Shown here in pieces: positions 18,027 through 26,568 of a stretch of DNA of 64,000 nucleotides (its first letter is position 1; each line of letters begins with the position of its first letter). This DNA is from an uncultured Acidobacteriota bacterium. GTDB taxonomy: Bacteria > Acidobacteriota > Vicinamibacteria > Vicinamibacterales > UBA2999. The DNA is taken from NCBI GenBank assembly GCA_963741135.1, contig CAVUHC010000004.1, positions 60,215-124,214 on the forward strand. The letters run 5' to 3'. Position numbers and translations under genes: made by a program. Below the pieces are notes generated by a model that was not told the origin of the DNA, made no database searches, and worked only from the letters and a program-made list of their open reading frames with translations.

Positions 18027-20431
18027 CCGCGCCGTGCCGCGTCACGTTCGTGCAGACGCATCCCATCCAGTACATGGCGCCGTGGTTCCGGTACATCGCC
18101 GAGCATCGGCCGGACGTCGAGCTGACAGTGTTGTACGGATCGACGCCGACGGCCGACCAGCAAGGCGTCGGATTCGGCGAATCGTTTTCGTGGGATGTGG
18201 CCCTGCTGGAGGGCTACCGCTACTCGGTGCTTTCTGCGCCGGCCGCCGGCAGACGATTCGATTCCGAGAGCTTCACCGGGGTTGACGTAGGCGGCCTGGA
18301 CGGGACGATTGCCGCGACCCGCCCGGATGTCGTGGTCGTTCCCGGGTGGCACTCCATCTACTACACGCGGGCGATCGCCGCCTGCCGCAGCGCGGGCATT
18401 CCCGTTCTGTATCGCGGGGACAGCAGTCTCCTGAGTGCGCCGCGCGGATTCAAGCGATACGCATGGCCCGTCAGGACACGGATGGCGTTGTCGAAGTTCG
18501 ATGGCTTCCTCAGCGTCGGGACGCGCATTCGTGAATACCTGCGCCACTTTGAAATCCCGGCTCCGTTGATCTTCGATTCGCCGCACGCGGTGGATAACGA
18601 GTATTTCGCCAACGCGTCTCGCCTGATGCAGAACGCCGAGCGAGATACCGCGCGTCGGGAGCTCGGGGCCGGGCCTGACGACTTCCTCGTGCTGTTCGCC
18701 GGAAAGTTCATCGAGCGTAAGCGGCCGGCTGACGTCATCTCCGCCGCCGCGCGACTCGGTCCAGACGTGGTCGTCGCGATGGCGGGCAACGGGGAGTTGA
18801 TGACGGAGACACGGGCGGCTGCCGAGCGGGCGGGCGTTCGCGTCACCTGGTGCGGCTTTCTCAACCAGTCAGGCATGTCCCGGGCGCTCGGCGCGGCTGA
18901 TTGCGTCGCGGTGCCCAGCAGGTGGGAAAGCTGGGGATTGATCGTCAACGAAGCGCTCGCCTCCGGGACGCCGTGCGTCGTGTCGGACGGCGTCGCCTGC
19001 GCGCCCGACCTCGTGCGCGACGATGTGTCGGGATACGTGCATGCCGCAGGCGATGTCGAGGGTCTTGCGCGTGCACTCCGCCGGGTGCGCGACGCGGCTC
19101 GCGATGGCCTGATCACTCGCGAGTCCTGCCGCGCGATCGCCGCCACACACTCCTTCGAACGCGCGACCGACGGCGTGCTGGCGGCGGCCCGCCGGGTCCA
19201 CGCGCACCGCACCCTTTCGATGACCGCCAATCCTGGAGCGCCGAGGATCGTTGCTGCATTCGGCAACATGGCGATCATTTGCGGGGTCGAGCGGATGTCC
19301 TTCGAGGTGCTGCGGACGGTACGCGACCGGGGTGGCGCGGTGCACTGCATCGTCAACAAATGGGGAAGCGGGCAGGTCGTCGACAAGGCCGATTCGATTG
19401 GATCGACGTGGTCGACCGGCTATTACTGGCACGAGCTGCGCCGCCGCGGCAGCATACGCGGTCAGTTGCTCGTACTGTGGGACATCTGCCGCACGAGCGC
19501 CGATCTGCTGCGCGACGCGCGGCGTTTTGCGCCGACGCACGTGTTCGCCCCCGAGTTTCACGCGGTGCTTCGCTCGGCGCCGGCGCTGTGGCTGCTGCGA
19601 CGGCTCGGGGTGCGCGTCATCCTGCGCCTCGGGAATGCTCCTGAGCCAGGACGCTTCTATCGCTTTCTCTGGCGCGGCATCATCGATCGCTGCGTCGATC
19701 GATTCGTCCCGAACTCGCAGTTCATCCACCGCGAGCTTCTCGCGCATGGCATCGCGGCCGATAAGAGTCGTGTGGTCTACAACACCGTGCCGCACCGCAA
19801 CGACCCGTGGGAGCCGCGCGAGCGGATCCCGGGGCGGATCATCTACGTGGGCCAGATCATTCCGCCGAAGGGCATCGATGTGCTGTTGGACGCGTTTGCG
19901 CTCGTGCTGCGCGGCGGCGCGAATGTGTCGCTCGATATCGTTGGCGACATGAGCGGATGGGAAGCGCCCGAGTTCGACGGATATCGTGAGCGAATTCGCG
20001 TGCGCGCCATGGCGCCTGAATTTGCCGGTCGAGTGCGGCTGCTCGGATCGCGCGAGGATGTTCCCGCATTGATGGCTGCCGCGTCGGTGCATTGCCAGCC
20101 TTCGCGTCCGGCACAGAAGGAAGGATTCGCGGTCGTGGCGCTCGAAGCGAAGCGATCGGGTCTGCCCTCCGTCGTCACCATGAGCGGCGCCCTCCCCGAG
20201 ATGGTGACGCATCTCGTCGATGGCTGGGTCTGCCCTGAAGTCACGCCCGAGGCGATCGCAGAAGGACTGCGCTATTTCGTCACGGACGAGGAACGAGCGC
20301 GCCGCGCCGGTGAACACGCACGAAATCGGGAGCGTCAGTACAGCCACGAGCGATTTGCGTCTGCGTGGGCGGCGGTGTTCGATGCGGAGCCGTCATTGGA
20401 CGCGGCGGCCGTCGGCGTCGAGACTCTCTGA
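18023..20431 (+). CDS. fused two-module glycosyltransferase (two GT4-like catalytic modules, about 802 aa)
   Basis: ATGA overlap start. First module ends VPSRWESWGLIVNEALASGTPCVVSDGV. The second contains YVGQIIPPKGIDVLL...QPSRPAQKEGFAVVALEAKRSGLPSVVT. Confidence 0.75.
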   Translation: MTAPCRVTFVQTHPIQYMAPWFRYIAEHRPDVELTVLYGSTPTADQQGVGFGESFSWDVALLEGYRYSVLSAPAAGRRFDSESFTGVDVGGLDGTIAATRPDVVVVPGWHSIYYTRAIAACRSAGIPVLYRGDSSLLSAPRGFKRYAWPVRTRMALSKFDGFLSVGTRIREYLRHFEIPAPLIFDSPHAVDNEYFANASRLMQNAERDTARRELGAGPDDFLVLFAGKFIERKRPADVISAAARLGPDVVVAMAGNGELMTETRAAAERAGVRVTWCGFLNQSGMSRALGAADCVAVPSRWESWGLIVNEALASGTPCVVSDGVACAPDLVRDDVSGYVHAAGDVEGLARALRRVRDAARDGLITRESCRAIAATHSFERATDGVLAAARRVHAHRTLSMTANPGAPRIVAAFGNMAIICGVERMSFEVLRTVRDRGGAVHCIVNKWGSGQVVDKADSIGSTWSTGYYWHELRRRGSIRGQLLVLWDICRTSADLLRDARRFAPTHVFAPEFHAVLRSAPALWLLRRLGVRVILRLGNAPEPGRFYRFLWRGIIDRCVDRFVPNSQFIHRELLAHGIAADKSRVVYNTVPHRNDPWEPRERIPGRIIYVGQIIPPKGIDVLLDAFALVLRGGANVSLDIVGDMSGWEAPEFDGYRERIRVRAMAPEFAGRVRLLGSREDVPALMAAASVHCQPSRPAQKEGFAVVALEAKRSGLPSVVTMSGALPEMVTHLVDGWVCPEVTPEAIAEGLRYFVTDEERARRAGEHARNRERQYSHERFASAWAAVFDAEPSLDAAAVGVETL

Positions 20432-22260
20432 TGCTGTTCGGCTGGCTCTCCGTGAATCCCGGCGCTGATACGGCCGACGTGCTGTCTGCGATGACCGCGG
20501 CACTGCGAGCGGACGCGCGACAGGAGGCGAGAAGTTGGACGTATCCCGGCTTCGGCATCGGGTTGATCGAACGGCCGTCCGCCGTATCGCGTGCAGGTGA
20601 GCAGTCATCGCACGAGCCGGTGCGGACCGCCGACGGTACGTCCCTGTGGATGGCGGGGGAGGCGTTCGACTGGCCATCGCACGGTGGTGTAGACAATGCG
20701 GCCGCGAGCCGCGGGCCGGCATTCCGCCGGCGGTTGCTCGACGCGCTGCGCGACGAGGGGCCGGAAGCGATTCAGGACCTCGACGGCGAGTATCACATTG
20801 CACTCTGGACGCCTTCGAGCCGAACGCTGCTGCTGCTGAACGATCGGTTCGGGGCACTCTCCCTGTACACCGCGTCGAGCGTTGACGGCGTCGTCTTCGC
20901 CGGCGGCGTGCGTGGCATCCTCATGGCCCCTGGCATCACCTGCGAGCCTGACCTCGATGCGATTCGCGAGGCGGTGACATTCGGTGGATTTCGTCTCGGG
21001 TCACGGACCAACATTCGCGGCGTCTCCATGGTGCCGCCTTCGTCGGGCGTCACGCTGTCGCCGCGGACGATCGAAACACGCCGCTACTGGTCGTGGTCGG
21101 CATTGCCGCAGCCAGACGACACGGATCGCGGCGCGCTACTCGAAGACACGCGGGAGGGATGGCGCCAAGCGATCGCGCGACGACTGGACGGCGCCGCGAG
21201 ACCTGGGCTGACGCTCAGCGGCGGATTGGACAGCCGCGCGATTCTCGCGGAGGCGCATCGGCAGGGGCAGAGCCTGGCGTCGCTGACCTACGGCGTTTCC
21301 GAATCAGACGACGTGAAGATCGCGCGGCGCGCTGCTGCAGCGGCCCACGCGCCTTGGACACTGTATCCGCTGTACGCGGCGGGCTGGCTCGAGCGGCGTG
21401 CATCCCGCATTCAGCAGACCGATGGCCTCATCAATCTCGTCGATCTGATGCATGCCGAACCGCTCGAGCAGATGCCGCAGGAGTTCGACACGTACTTGAG
21501 CGGCTACATTGGCGATGTCGTTACCGGATCGACCTATTTCTCGATCGCGAGCGCATCCGACTTCGTGGCGTCGATGCCGTACTACGGCGGCACGCTTGGG
21601 CTGTCGTATGAGAGTGCGCTGGCGAGCGCAGAGAACATTCTGGCCCACCTTTCGGGGCCGGCGCGCTTCGCGCCGTACGAGCACAAGCTCATTCAGTCCA
21701 TCAACCGGATTGCGGACGCCGCGCGGCCGTTCGTGACGGTGCGTCGTCCGTTTGTCGACTACGCGTTCTTCGAGACGGCCCAGCGCGTGCCGGCGGAATG
21801 GCGGAACGACCACGCGTGGCACGAGCAATGGCTGAGATCGACCTATCCCCGCTTCTTTGCGCGCATTCCGAACCAGCGCACCGCGGTGCCCGTGCAGTCG
21901 TCGCGGCTCCGATGGCAACTCACGCGGACCGCCCGGTTTGGCTGGCGGCGTGCACTCAGCCTGTTGCGGGCGCGCGGCGTTCCAGTCACGGTTCCGCAAC
22001 GTCACTTTCATCCGGACGAATCGTATTGGTCCATACCGGAGGCGCGCCGCGTGATTGAAGAGACGATCCTCCGAAGCGGTTCCCTGAGCTGTGAGGCCTT
22101 CGGTCGAGAGGCTGTCCGGTCCACGCTGACGCAATTCTTTGACGAGCGCTCGGTGGCGGCACAGACCGTCGGGGCGTTGTTCGTGTTCGAGCACTACCAT
22201 CGCACGCTCGCCTCCTTCCTGGCGGCCGCCCGCGACAAAGGCGCACTCATCCAATGCTGA
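20431..22260 (+). CDS. asparagine-synthase-family adenylating enzyme lacking the N-terminal Cys nucleophile
   Basis: ATG at 20431 shares its A with the upstream TGA and gives MLFGWLSV, with no Cys2. PP-loop LSGGLDSRAI is present. About 609 aa. Confidence 0.75.
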   Translation: MLFGWLSVNPGADTADVLSAMTAALRADARQEARSWTYPGFGIGLIERPSAVSRAGEQSSHEPVRTADGTSLWMAGEAFDWPSHGGVDNAAASRGPAFRRRLLDALRDEGPEAIQDLDGEYHIALWTPSSRTLLLLNDRFGALSLYTASSVDGVVFAGGVRGILMAPGITCEPDLDAIREAVTFGGFRLGSRTNIRGVSMVPPSSGVTLSPRTIETRRYWSWSALPQPDDTDRGALLEDTREGWRQAIARRLDGAARPGLTLSGGLDSRAILAEAHRQGQSLASLTYGVSESDDVKIARRAAAAAHAPWTLYPLYAAGWLERRASRIQQTDGLINLVDLMHAEPLEQMPQEFDTYLSGYIGDVVTGSTYFSIASASDFVASMPYYGGTLGLSYESALASAENILAHLSGPARFAPYEHKLIQSINRIADAARPFVTVRRPFVDYAFFETAQRVPAEWRNDHAWHEQWLRSTYPRFFARIPNQRTAVPVQSSRLRWQLTRTARFGWRRALSLLRARGVPVTVPQRHFHPDESYWSIPEARRVIEETILRSGSLSCEAFGREAVRSTLTQFFDERSVAAQTVGALFVFEHYHRTLASFLAAARDKGALIQC

Positions 22261-23654
22261 TTCGCGCAGCTCTCGTCGTCATTGCGGTGTATGCGACCGG
22301 CGAATGGGTTGCCGGCGCCGCCGTTGCGGCCCTTCTGCTGGTCTGGTGGCTGTTGAGCAGCGCGGAAGGACCGCCGGTGCTCGCGCTGGCGGTCACGTAC
22401 CAGTGGGTCCAGGTCAGCGTCGGCATCTTCTATTCAGCGCTGATCGGTGAGCCGCTCGAGGCCATGGTCAAGTCCGACTGGCAGACGATGGTGTTGATTG
22501 GCCTCGGGTGCGTGGTGACGCTGGCCATCGCGCTGTCTATCGGTCTTATGTTCGCGCGCAACCGGCTATCTGTTCCGGAGGCACGGCCTCAGCTCGCCTT
22601 TTCGCCGACGATTCTCTATGCCGCCTACGGGGTGTCGCTGCTCGTCACCGGTGTTGTGCAGGAGCTCGCGTGGAACTATCCGAGCATCACGCAGGCGATT
22701 CTTGCGCTGAACTTCTCCCACCTGGCGCTCGTGTTCCTGTTGGCTCGGCGATTCACAAGGCCTGTCTTCGCGTGGGAAAAGCTTGCCGCGCTGATGGCGC
22801 TCGAAGTGGCACTTGGGTTCACTGGGTATTTCGCCAATTTCCGCGAGCCGCTGCTGATGGGATCGATCGCCGTCGTTGAAGTGTTCGACCGGCGCGACAG
22901 CCGTCATTGGGTATTTTTCGCCGCTGTTGTCCTCGTACTCGGCGTCTCCAGCGTCGTCTGGATGAACGTGCGCGGCGAGCTCCGCCGCGACGTGGACGAG
23001 GAAATCGAAACGACGCGCATGGAGCGCCTCGACAAGGTGCGGGCGCTGTCATCCGGGTTCTTCTCGCAGGGCGGTGACTTCCGCGATTCGACGACGCGCG
23101 TGGTTGAGCGGGTCTGGGCGATTTATTATCCTGCGCTTGCCATCGAGCGAGTGCCCTCCGTGCTCCCGCACACCAATGGCGAGATCATCGAAGGCGCGCT
23201 GATGCACCTCGTCACGCCGCGCTTCCTCTTCCCGGACAAGGGCGATCTACCCTCCGACAGCGAAATGGTGCGCAAGTATTCGGGCATCCACGTGGCGAGC
23301 ACCGAAGAGAATACGAGCATCGCGTTCGGCTACGCCGCGGAGTCGTACATCGATTTCGGGCTGCCGTGGATGTTCCTGCCGGTACTCATCTACGGGCTGG
23401 CGATGGGCGCCGCGTACCAGGTGTGGCTCACCGTCATCCGCCACCGCGAGCTCGCAGTCAGTCTCGTCACCGTCGTCTTCTGGTTGAGCCTGTATGTCTT
23501 CGAACGATCGTGGGTCAAGACAATGGGGCTGGCGATCACGTTGATGGTGTACCTCGGCGGGTTCACGTATCTGATCGATCAGTACTTTCTGGCGCGCCGC
23601 GCACAGACGGAACACACCGACGCGCACAATGCGCTGCTCGAGACGCCTCTCTGA
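22254..23654 (+). CDS. polytopic membrane protein, candidate Wzy-type polymerase
   Basis: About 10 hydrophobic segments with a charged loop of about 120 aa (RRDVDEEIETTRMERLDK...). Embedded among the GT genes. No sharp motif, so function is inferred from context. Confidence 0.45.
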   Translation: MLIRAALVVIAVYATGEWVAGAAVAALLLVWWLLSSAEGPPVLALAVTYQWVQVSVGIFYSALIGEPLEAMVKSDWQTMVLIGLGCVVTLAIALSIGLMFARNRLSVPEARPQLAFSPTILYAAYGVSLLVTGVVQELAWNYPSITQAILALNFSHLALVFLLARRFTRPVFAWEKLAALMALEVALGFTGYFANFREPLLMGSIAVVEVFDRRDSRHWVFFAAVVLVLGVSSVVWMNVRGELRRDVDEEIETTRMERLDKVRALSSGFFSQGGDFRDSTTRVVERVWAIYYPALAIERVPSVLPHTNGEIIEGALMHLVTPRFLFPDKGDLPSDSEMVRKYSGIHVASTEENTSIAFGYAAESYIDFGLPWMFLPVLIYGLAMGAAYQVWLTVIRHRELAVSLVTVVFWLSLYVFERSWVKTMGLAITLMVYLGGFTYLIDQYFLARRAQTEHTDAHNALLETPL

Positions 23655-23658
23655 ACAC

Positions 23659-24828
23659 TTGAATCTTCGCGTTGTCCATGTATGCGCGTACTTTGCGCCC
23701 GCGTTCGTCTACGGCGGGCCTCCGCGCAGCATCCTTGGCTTGTGTGCGGCGCAGCAGCGCGCCGGCCTCGATGTACGCGTCGTCACGACGACCGCAAACG
23801 GTGACGATGAGTTGCCCGCGGACGCGGACGCCCGGTATGACGGCGTGCGGGTGCAGTACTGCGCGAGAGGCTGGCCACGCGCAGCGTTTCGTGCCCCATC
23901 GCTGGGTGCCGCGGTCCGTGCGGCCCTGGCGGCGGCCGATGTCGTCCATCTTCACGGCCTCTGGAACGCCGCGATCTGGGCGGCGGCCGCCGAGGCGCGG
24001 CGCGCGCGTCGTCCGTACGTGCTGTCGCCGCGCGGTATGTTGTCGCCTGCTGCGCTCGCGCACGACGCCTGGCGCAAACGTGTCGCGTACGTCGCGTTCG
24101 ATCGGACCGTGATTCGCGGGGCCGCGATGCTTCACGCGACGTCACGTCCAGAGCTCGACGAGCTCACGTCGCGCTTCGGGGCGAACCGGACGTGCTATGT
24201 GCCGAACGGTGTCGCGCTGCCACCGCCCGTCACGATCGACCCGTGCGAGACCCGCCGGCAATTCCTGTTGGGTTCGTCGCCGTTCGTCTTGTTCGTCGGG
24301 CGCATCCATCCCATCAAACGGCTCGACGTGCTGGCAACGGCGTTCGCACGCGTTCGTCAGCGGCATCCTGAGACGCGCCTCGTCATAGCCGGACCGGACG
24401 AAGACAGCCATCGCTCGAGGGTCGAGCCGCTATTTGCGCCGCTTGGTGGAGCGGTGACATGGACCGGCGCCGTCGACGAGCAGGACAAACGGAAGCTGCT
24501 GGACGCCTGCTCGATGCTCGTGCTCTGCTCCGATTCGGAGAGCTTCGGGATGAGCGCAGCGGAAGCGATGGCCGCGTCGAGGCCCGTCGTCGTCACGAAA
24601 GGATGTCCATGGCCCGAGGTCGACAGCCGTGAGACAGGGTTCTGGGTGGAGCAGTCATCCGTGGCGATCGCCGACGGCATTTCGGCGATCCTGAGCGATC
24701 CCCGGCGCGCCATCGAGATGGGGCAGCGGGGACGTGCCCTGATCGAGGAGCGCTATACCTGGCCGAAGGCCGTCGCGCAGCTCGAGGACGTGTATCGCCG
24801 CCTGGCGCACGGCATTGCGCATGCGTGA
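23659..24828 (+). CDS. glycosyltransferase family 4
   Basis: LRVVHVCAYFAPAFVYGGPPRS...VVHLHGLWN...CSDSESFGMSAAEAMAASRPVVVTKG. Start is either TTG at 23659 or ATG at 23629 (26-nt overlap with the upstream gene). Confidence 0.8.
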   Translation: MNLRVVHVCAYFAPAFVYGGPPRSILGLCAAQQRAGLDVRVVTTTANGDDELPADADARYDGVRVQYCARGWPRAAFRAPSLGAAVRAALAAADVVHLHGLWNAAIWAAAAEARRARRPYVLSPRGMLSPAALAHDAWRKRVAYVAFDRTVIRGAAMLHATSRPELDELTSRFGANRTCYVPNGVALPPPVTIDPCETRRQFLLGSSPFVLFVGRIHPIKRLDVLATAFARVRQRHPETRLVIAGPDEDSHRSRVEPLFAPLGGAVTWTGAVDEQDKRKLLDACSMLVLCSDSESFGMSAAEAMAASRPVVVTKGCPWPEVDSRETGFWVEQSSVAIADGISAILSDPRRAIEMGQRGRALIEERYTWPKAVAQLEDVYRRLAHGIAHA

Positions 24829-25981
24829 CAAGCGTCGTGTGATTGTCATAGGACCGCAGTTTGGCGGTGGCGACGGCTTGTCCGAGCTTGGACGCCAGGT
24901 GGTGGCGGCGCTCGCGGCAGATACAGCCGACACCGTCGTCGTTTACTCGCTGCAAGACCAGGGACACCCAGAGATGCTCCGCCGTCTACCCGTCCGATTC
25001 TGTTCGTCGAACGGCAGCCGCCTCCGCTTCGTTGCCGCGATGCTGAGTGAGGCGATCCGGGTCTCTCCGGGCGATCTGATTGTCGTGCTGCACTCGCACT
25101 TCCTGCCGTTGTCACTGCCGCTTGTGGCTCGCGGCGCAGCGCTTGCGGCCGTGCTTGTCGGTATCGAGTCGTGGCGTCCTCTCACGATGTTGCAGCGTGC
25201 GGCCTTGTCGAAGGCCGCTCATGTTGTGGCGATCTCTCATCACACCGTCGAGCGATTCAAGGCAGCCAATCCGGCAGTCGTGCACATTGGCCTGAACGTC
25301 TGTCATCCGTCTGCGCCGGCGGCAAGGGACGCGGGCGCGAGTCTCGTGGCGCCCGGATTCGCGCTGATAGTTGGACGGATGTCGCGCGAGGAGCGGTACA
25401 AGGGGCATGACGCGCTGCTGGAGGCGTGGCCTCGCGTGCGTGCAACCTGCCCGGACGCGCGGCTGGTCATCGTCGGGGACGGCGACGACCGAAGCCGCCT
25501 GCAGGCGAAGGCGCGATCACTGAACCTTGATGACGCAACGCTCTTTCTCGGACGCGTTGACGACGCACGTCTCAACGGCTTGTATCGCGAAGCGGCATTC
25601 TTCGTGATGCCGAGCCGCGACGAGGGGTTCGGATTCGTGTACCTCGAGGCCATGCGCGCCGGGCGTCCGTGCATTGCGTGCCCGGGCGCAGCCGCAGAAA
25701 TTCTCGAGGATGGCCGCAGTGGAGTGCTTGTGACATTCGGCAGCGTCCCGGAGGTGGAAGCGGCGTGCGTTCGCCTGTTTTCAGATCCGGCCCTCTGCTC
25801 GCGGCTCGGCCACGCCGGCGCCGAAGCCGTTCGGCAACGATTTCTTCCCGGCCATTTCGTCGATCGGTTTCGGCGGGCGCTGGGGCTGCTTCAGGGCGGG
25901 GCGAGCCTTTCAGGTTCGCCTCGAGGACCCGAAGGGTCCGCGCCGCACGATGTGCCGTCGGCCCCTGAGGCGTGCGCGTGA
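24815..25981 (+). CDS. glycosyltransferase family 4
   Basis: GRMSREERYKGHDALL...MPSRDEGFGFVYLEAMRAGRPCIACPGAAAEILEDGRSGVLV. Confidence 0.8.
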   Translation: MRMRDKRRVIVIGPQFGGGDGLSELGRQVVAALAADTADTVVVYSLQDQGHPEMLRRLPVRFCSSNGSRLRFVAAMLSEAIRVSPGDLIVVLHSHFLPLSLPLVARGAALAAVLVGIESWRPLTMLQRAALSKAAHVVAISHHTVERFKAANPAVVHIGLNVCHPSAPAARDAGASLVAPGFALIVGRMSREERYKGHDALLEAWPRVRATCPDARLVIVGDGDDRSRLQAKARSLNLDDATLFLGRVDDARLNGLYREAAFFVMPSRDEGFGFVYLEAMRAGRPCIACPGAAAEILEDGRSGVLVTFGSVPEVEAACVRLFSDPALCSRLGHAGAEAVRQRFLPGHFVDRFRRALGLLQGGASLSGSPRGPEGSAPHDVPSAPEACA

Positions 25982-26568
25982 TCGGCCGCAGTGCCTGGGC
26001 CTGGCTGATGACGCGGATTGGTCTTCGCGAGCCGGCAACGCAGACGACCGAGCCTGAGCGGCGCTGCCTGGCCCGCCACGCCGAGGGGCGGCGGCGCATC
26101 GTGGAGATCGGCGTCTATCACGCTGCGAATACGGCGCTCTTCCGTGCCCTGGTCCATGAGGATGGCGAGGTCATCGGCATCGACCCGCATCCGCCCGGCC
26201 GCCTCGGCGTGAGCTTCGAACGATGGATTGCCGAATACCACGTGTCGCGGGTCCACCGCGCGCGCGCGCGCCTGATCCGGCAATTCAGCCACGACGCCGT
26301 GACCGCCTGGTCCGAGCCGGTCGATTTCCTGTTCATCGACGGCGATCACTCGTGGGACGCGATTGCGCGCGACTGGAAGGACTGGAGCCCCCACGTCGCG
26401 AAGGATGGCGTCGTGGCCCTGCACGACAGTAGAAGCATCGCAGGCAAAACCGATCTCGACAGTGTGCGCTTCACCACCGACGTCGTGCGACAGGATCCGC
26501 GATTTGAAGTGATCGACGAAGTAGATTCCCTCACCGTGCTTCGACGCGCAGCGTCCAACGGATGCTGA
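25972..26568 (+). CDS. class I SAM-dependent methyltransferase (Methyltransf_24/CmcI-like)
   Basis: IVEIGVYHAANT...FLFIDGDHSWDAIARDWKDWSPHVAKDGVVALHD. Confidence 0.65.
   Translation: MRVIGRSAWAWLMTRIGLREPATQTTEPERRCLARHAEGRRRIVEIGVYHAANTALFRALVHEDGEVIGIDPHPPGRLGVSFERWIAEYHVSRVHRARARLIRQFSHDAVTAWSEPVDFLFIDGDHSWDAIARDWKDWSPHVAKDGVVALHDSRSIAGKTDLDSVRFTTDVVRQDPRFEVIDEVDSLTVLRRAASNGC

Noticed and set aside
20431-22260. Cys-less AsnB homologue as a lasso cyclase for the island
   Set aside because: It is translationally coupled on both sides to EPS genes. It lies 17 kb and one strong terminator away from the peptide genes. A sugar-amidating role is more parsimonious, though only phylogeny can settle it.
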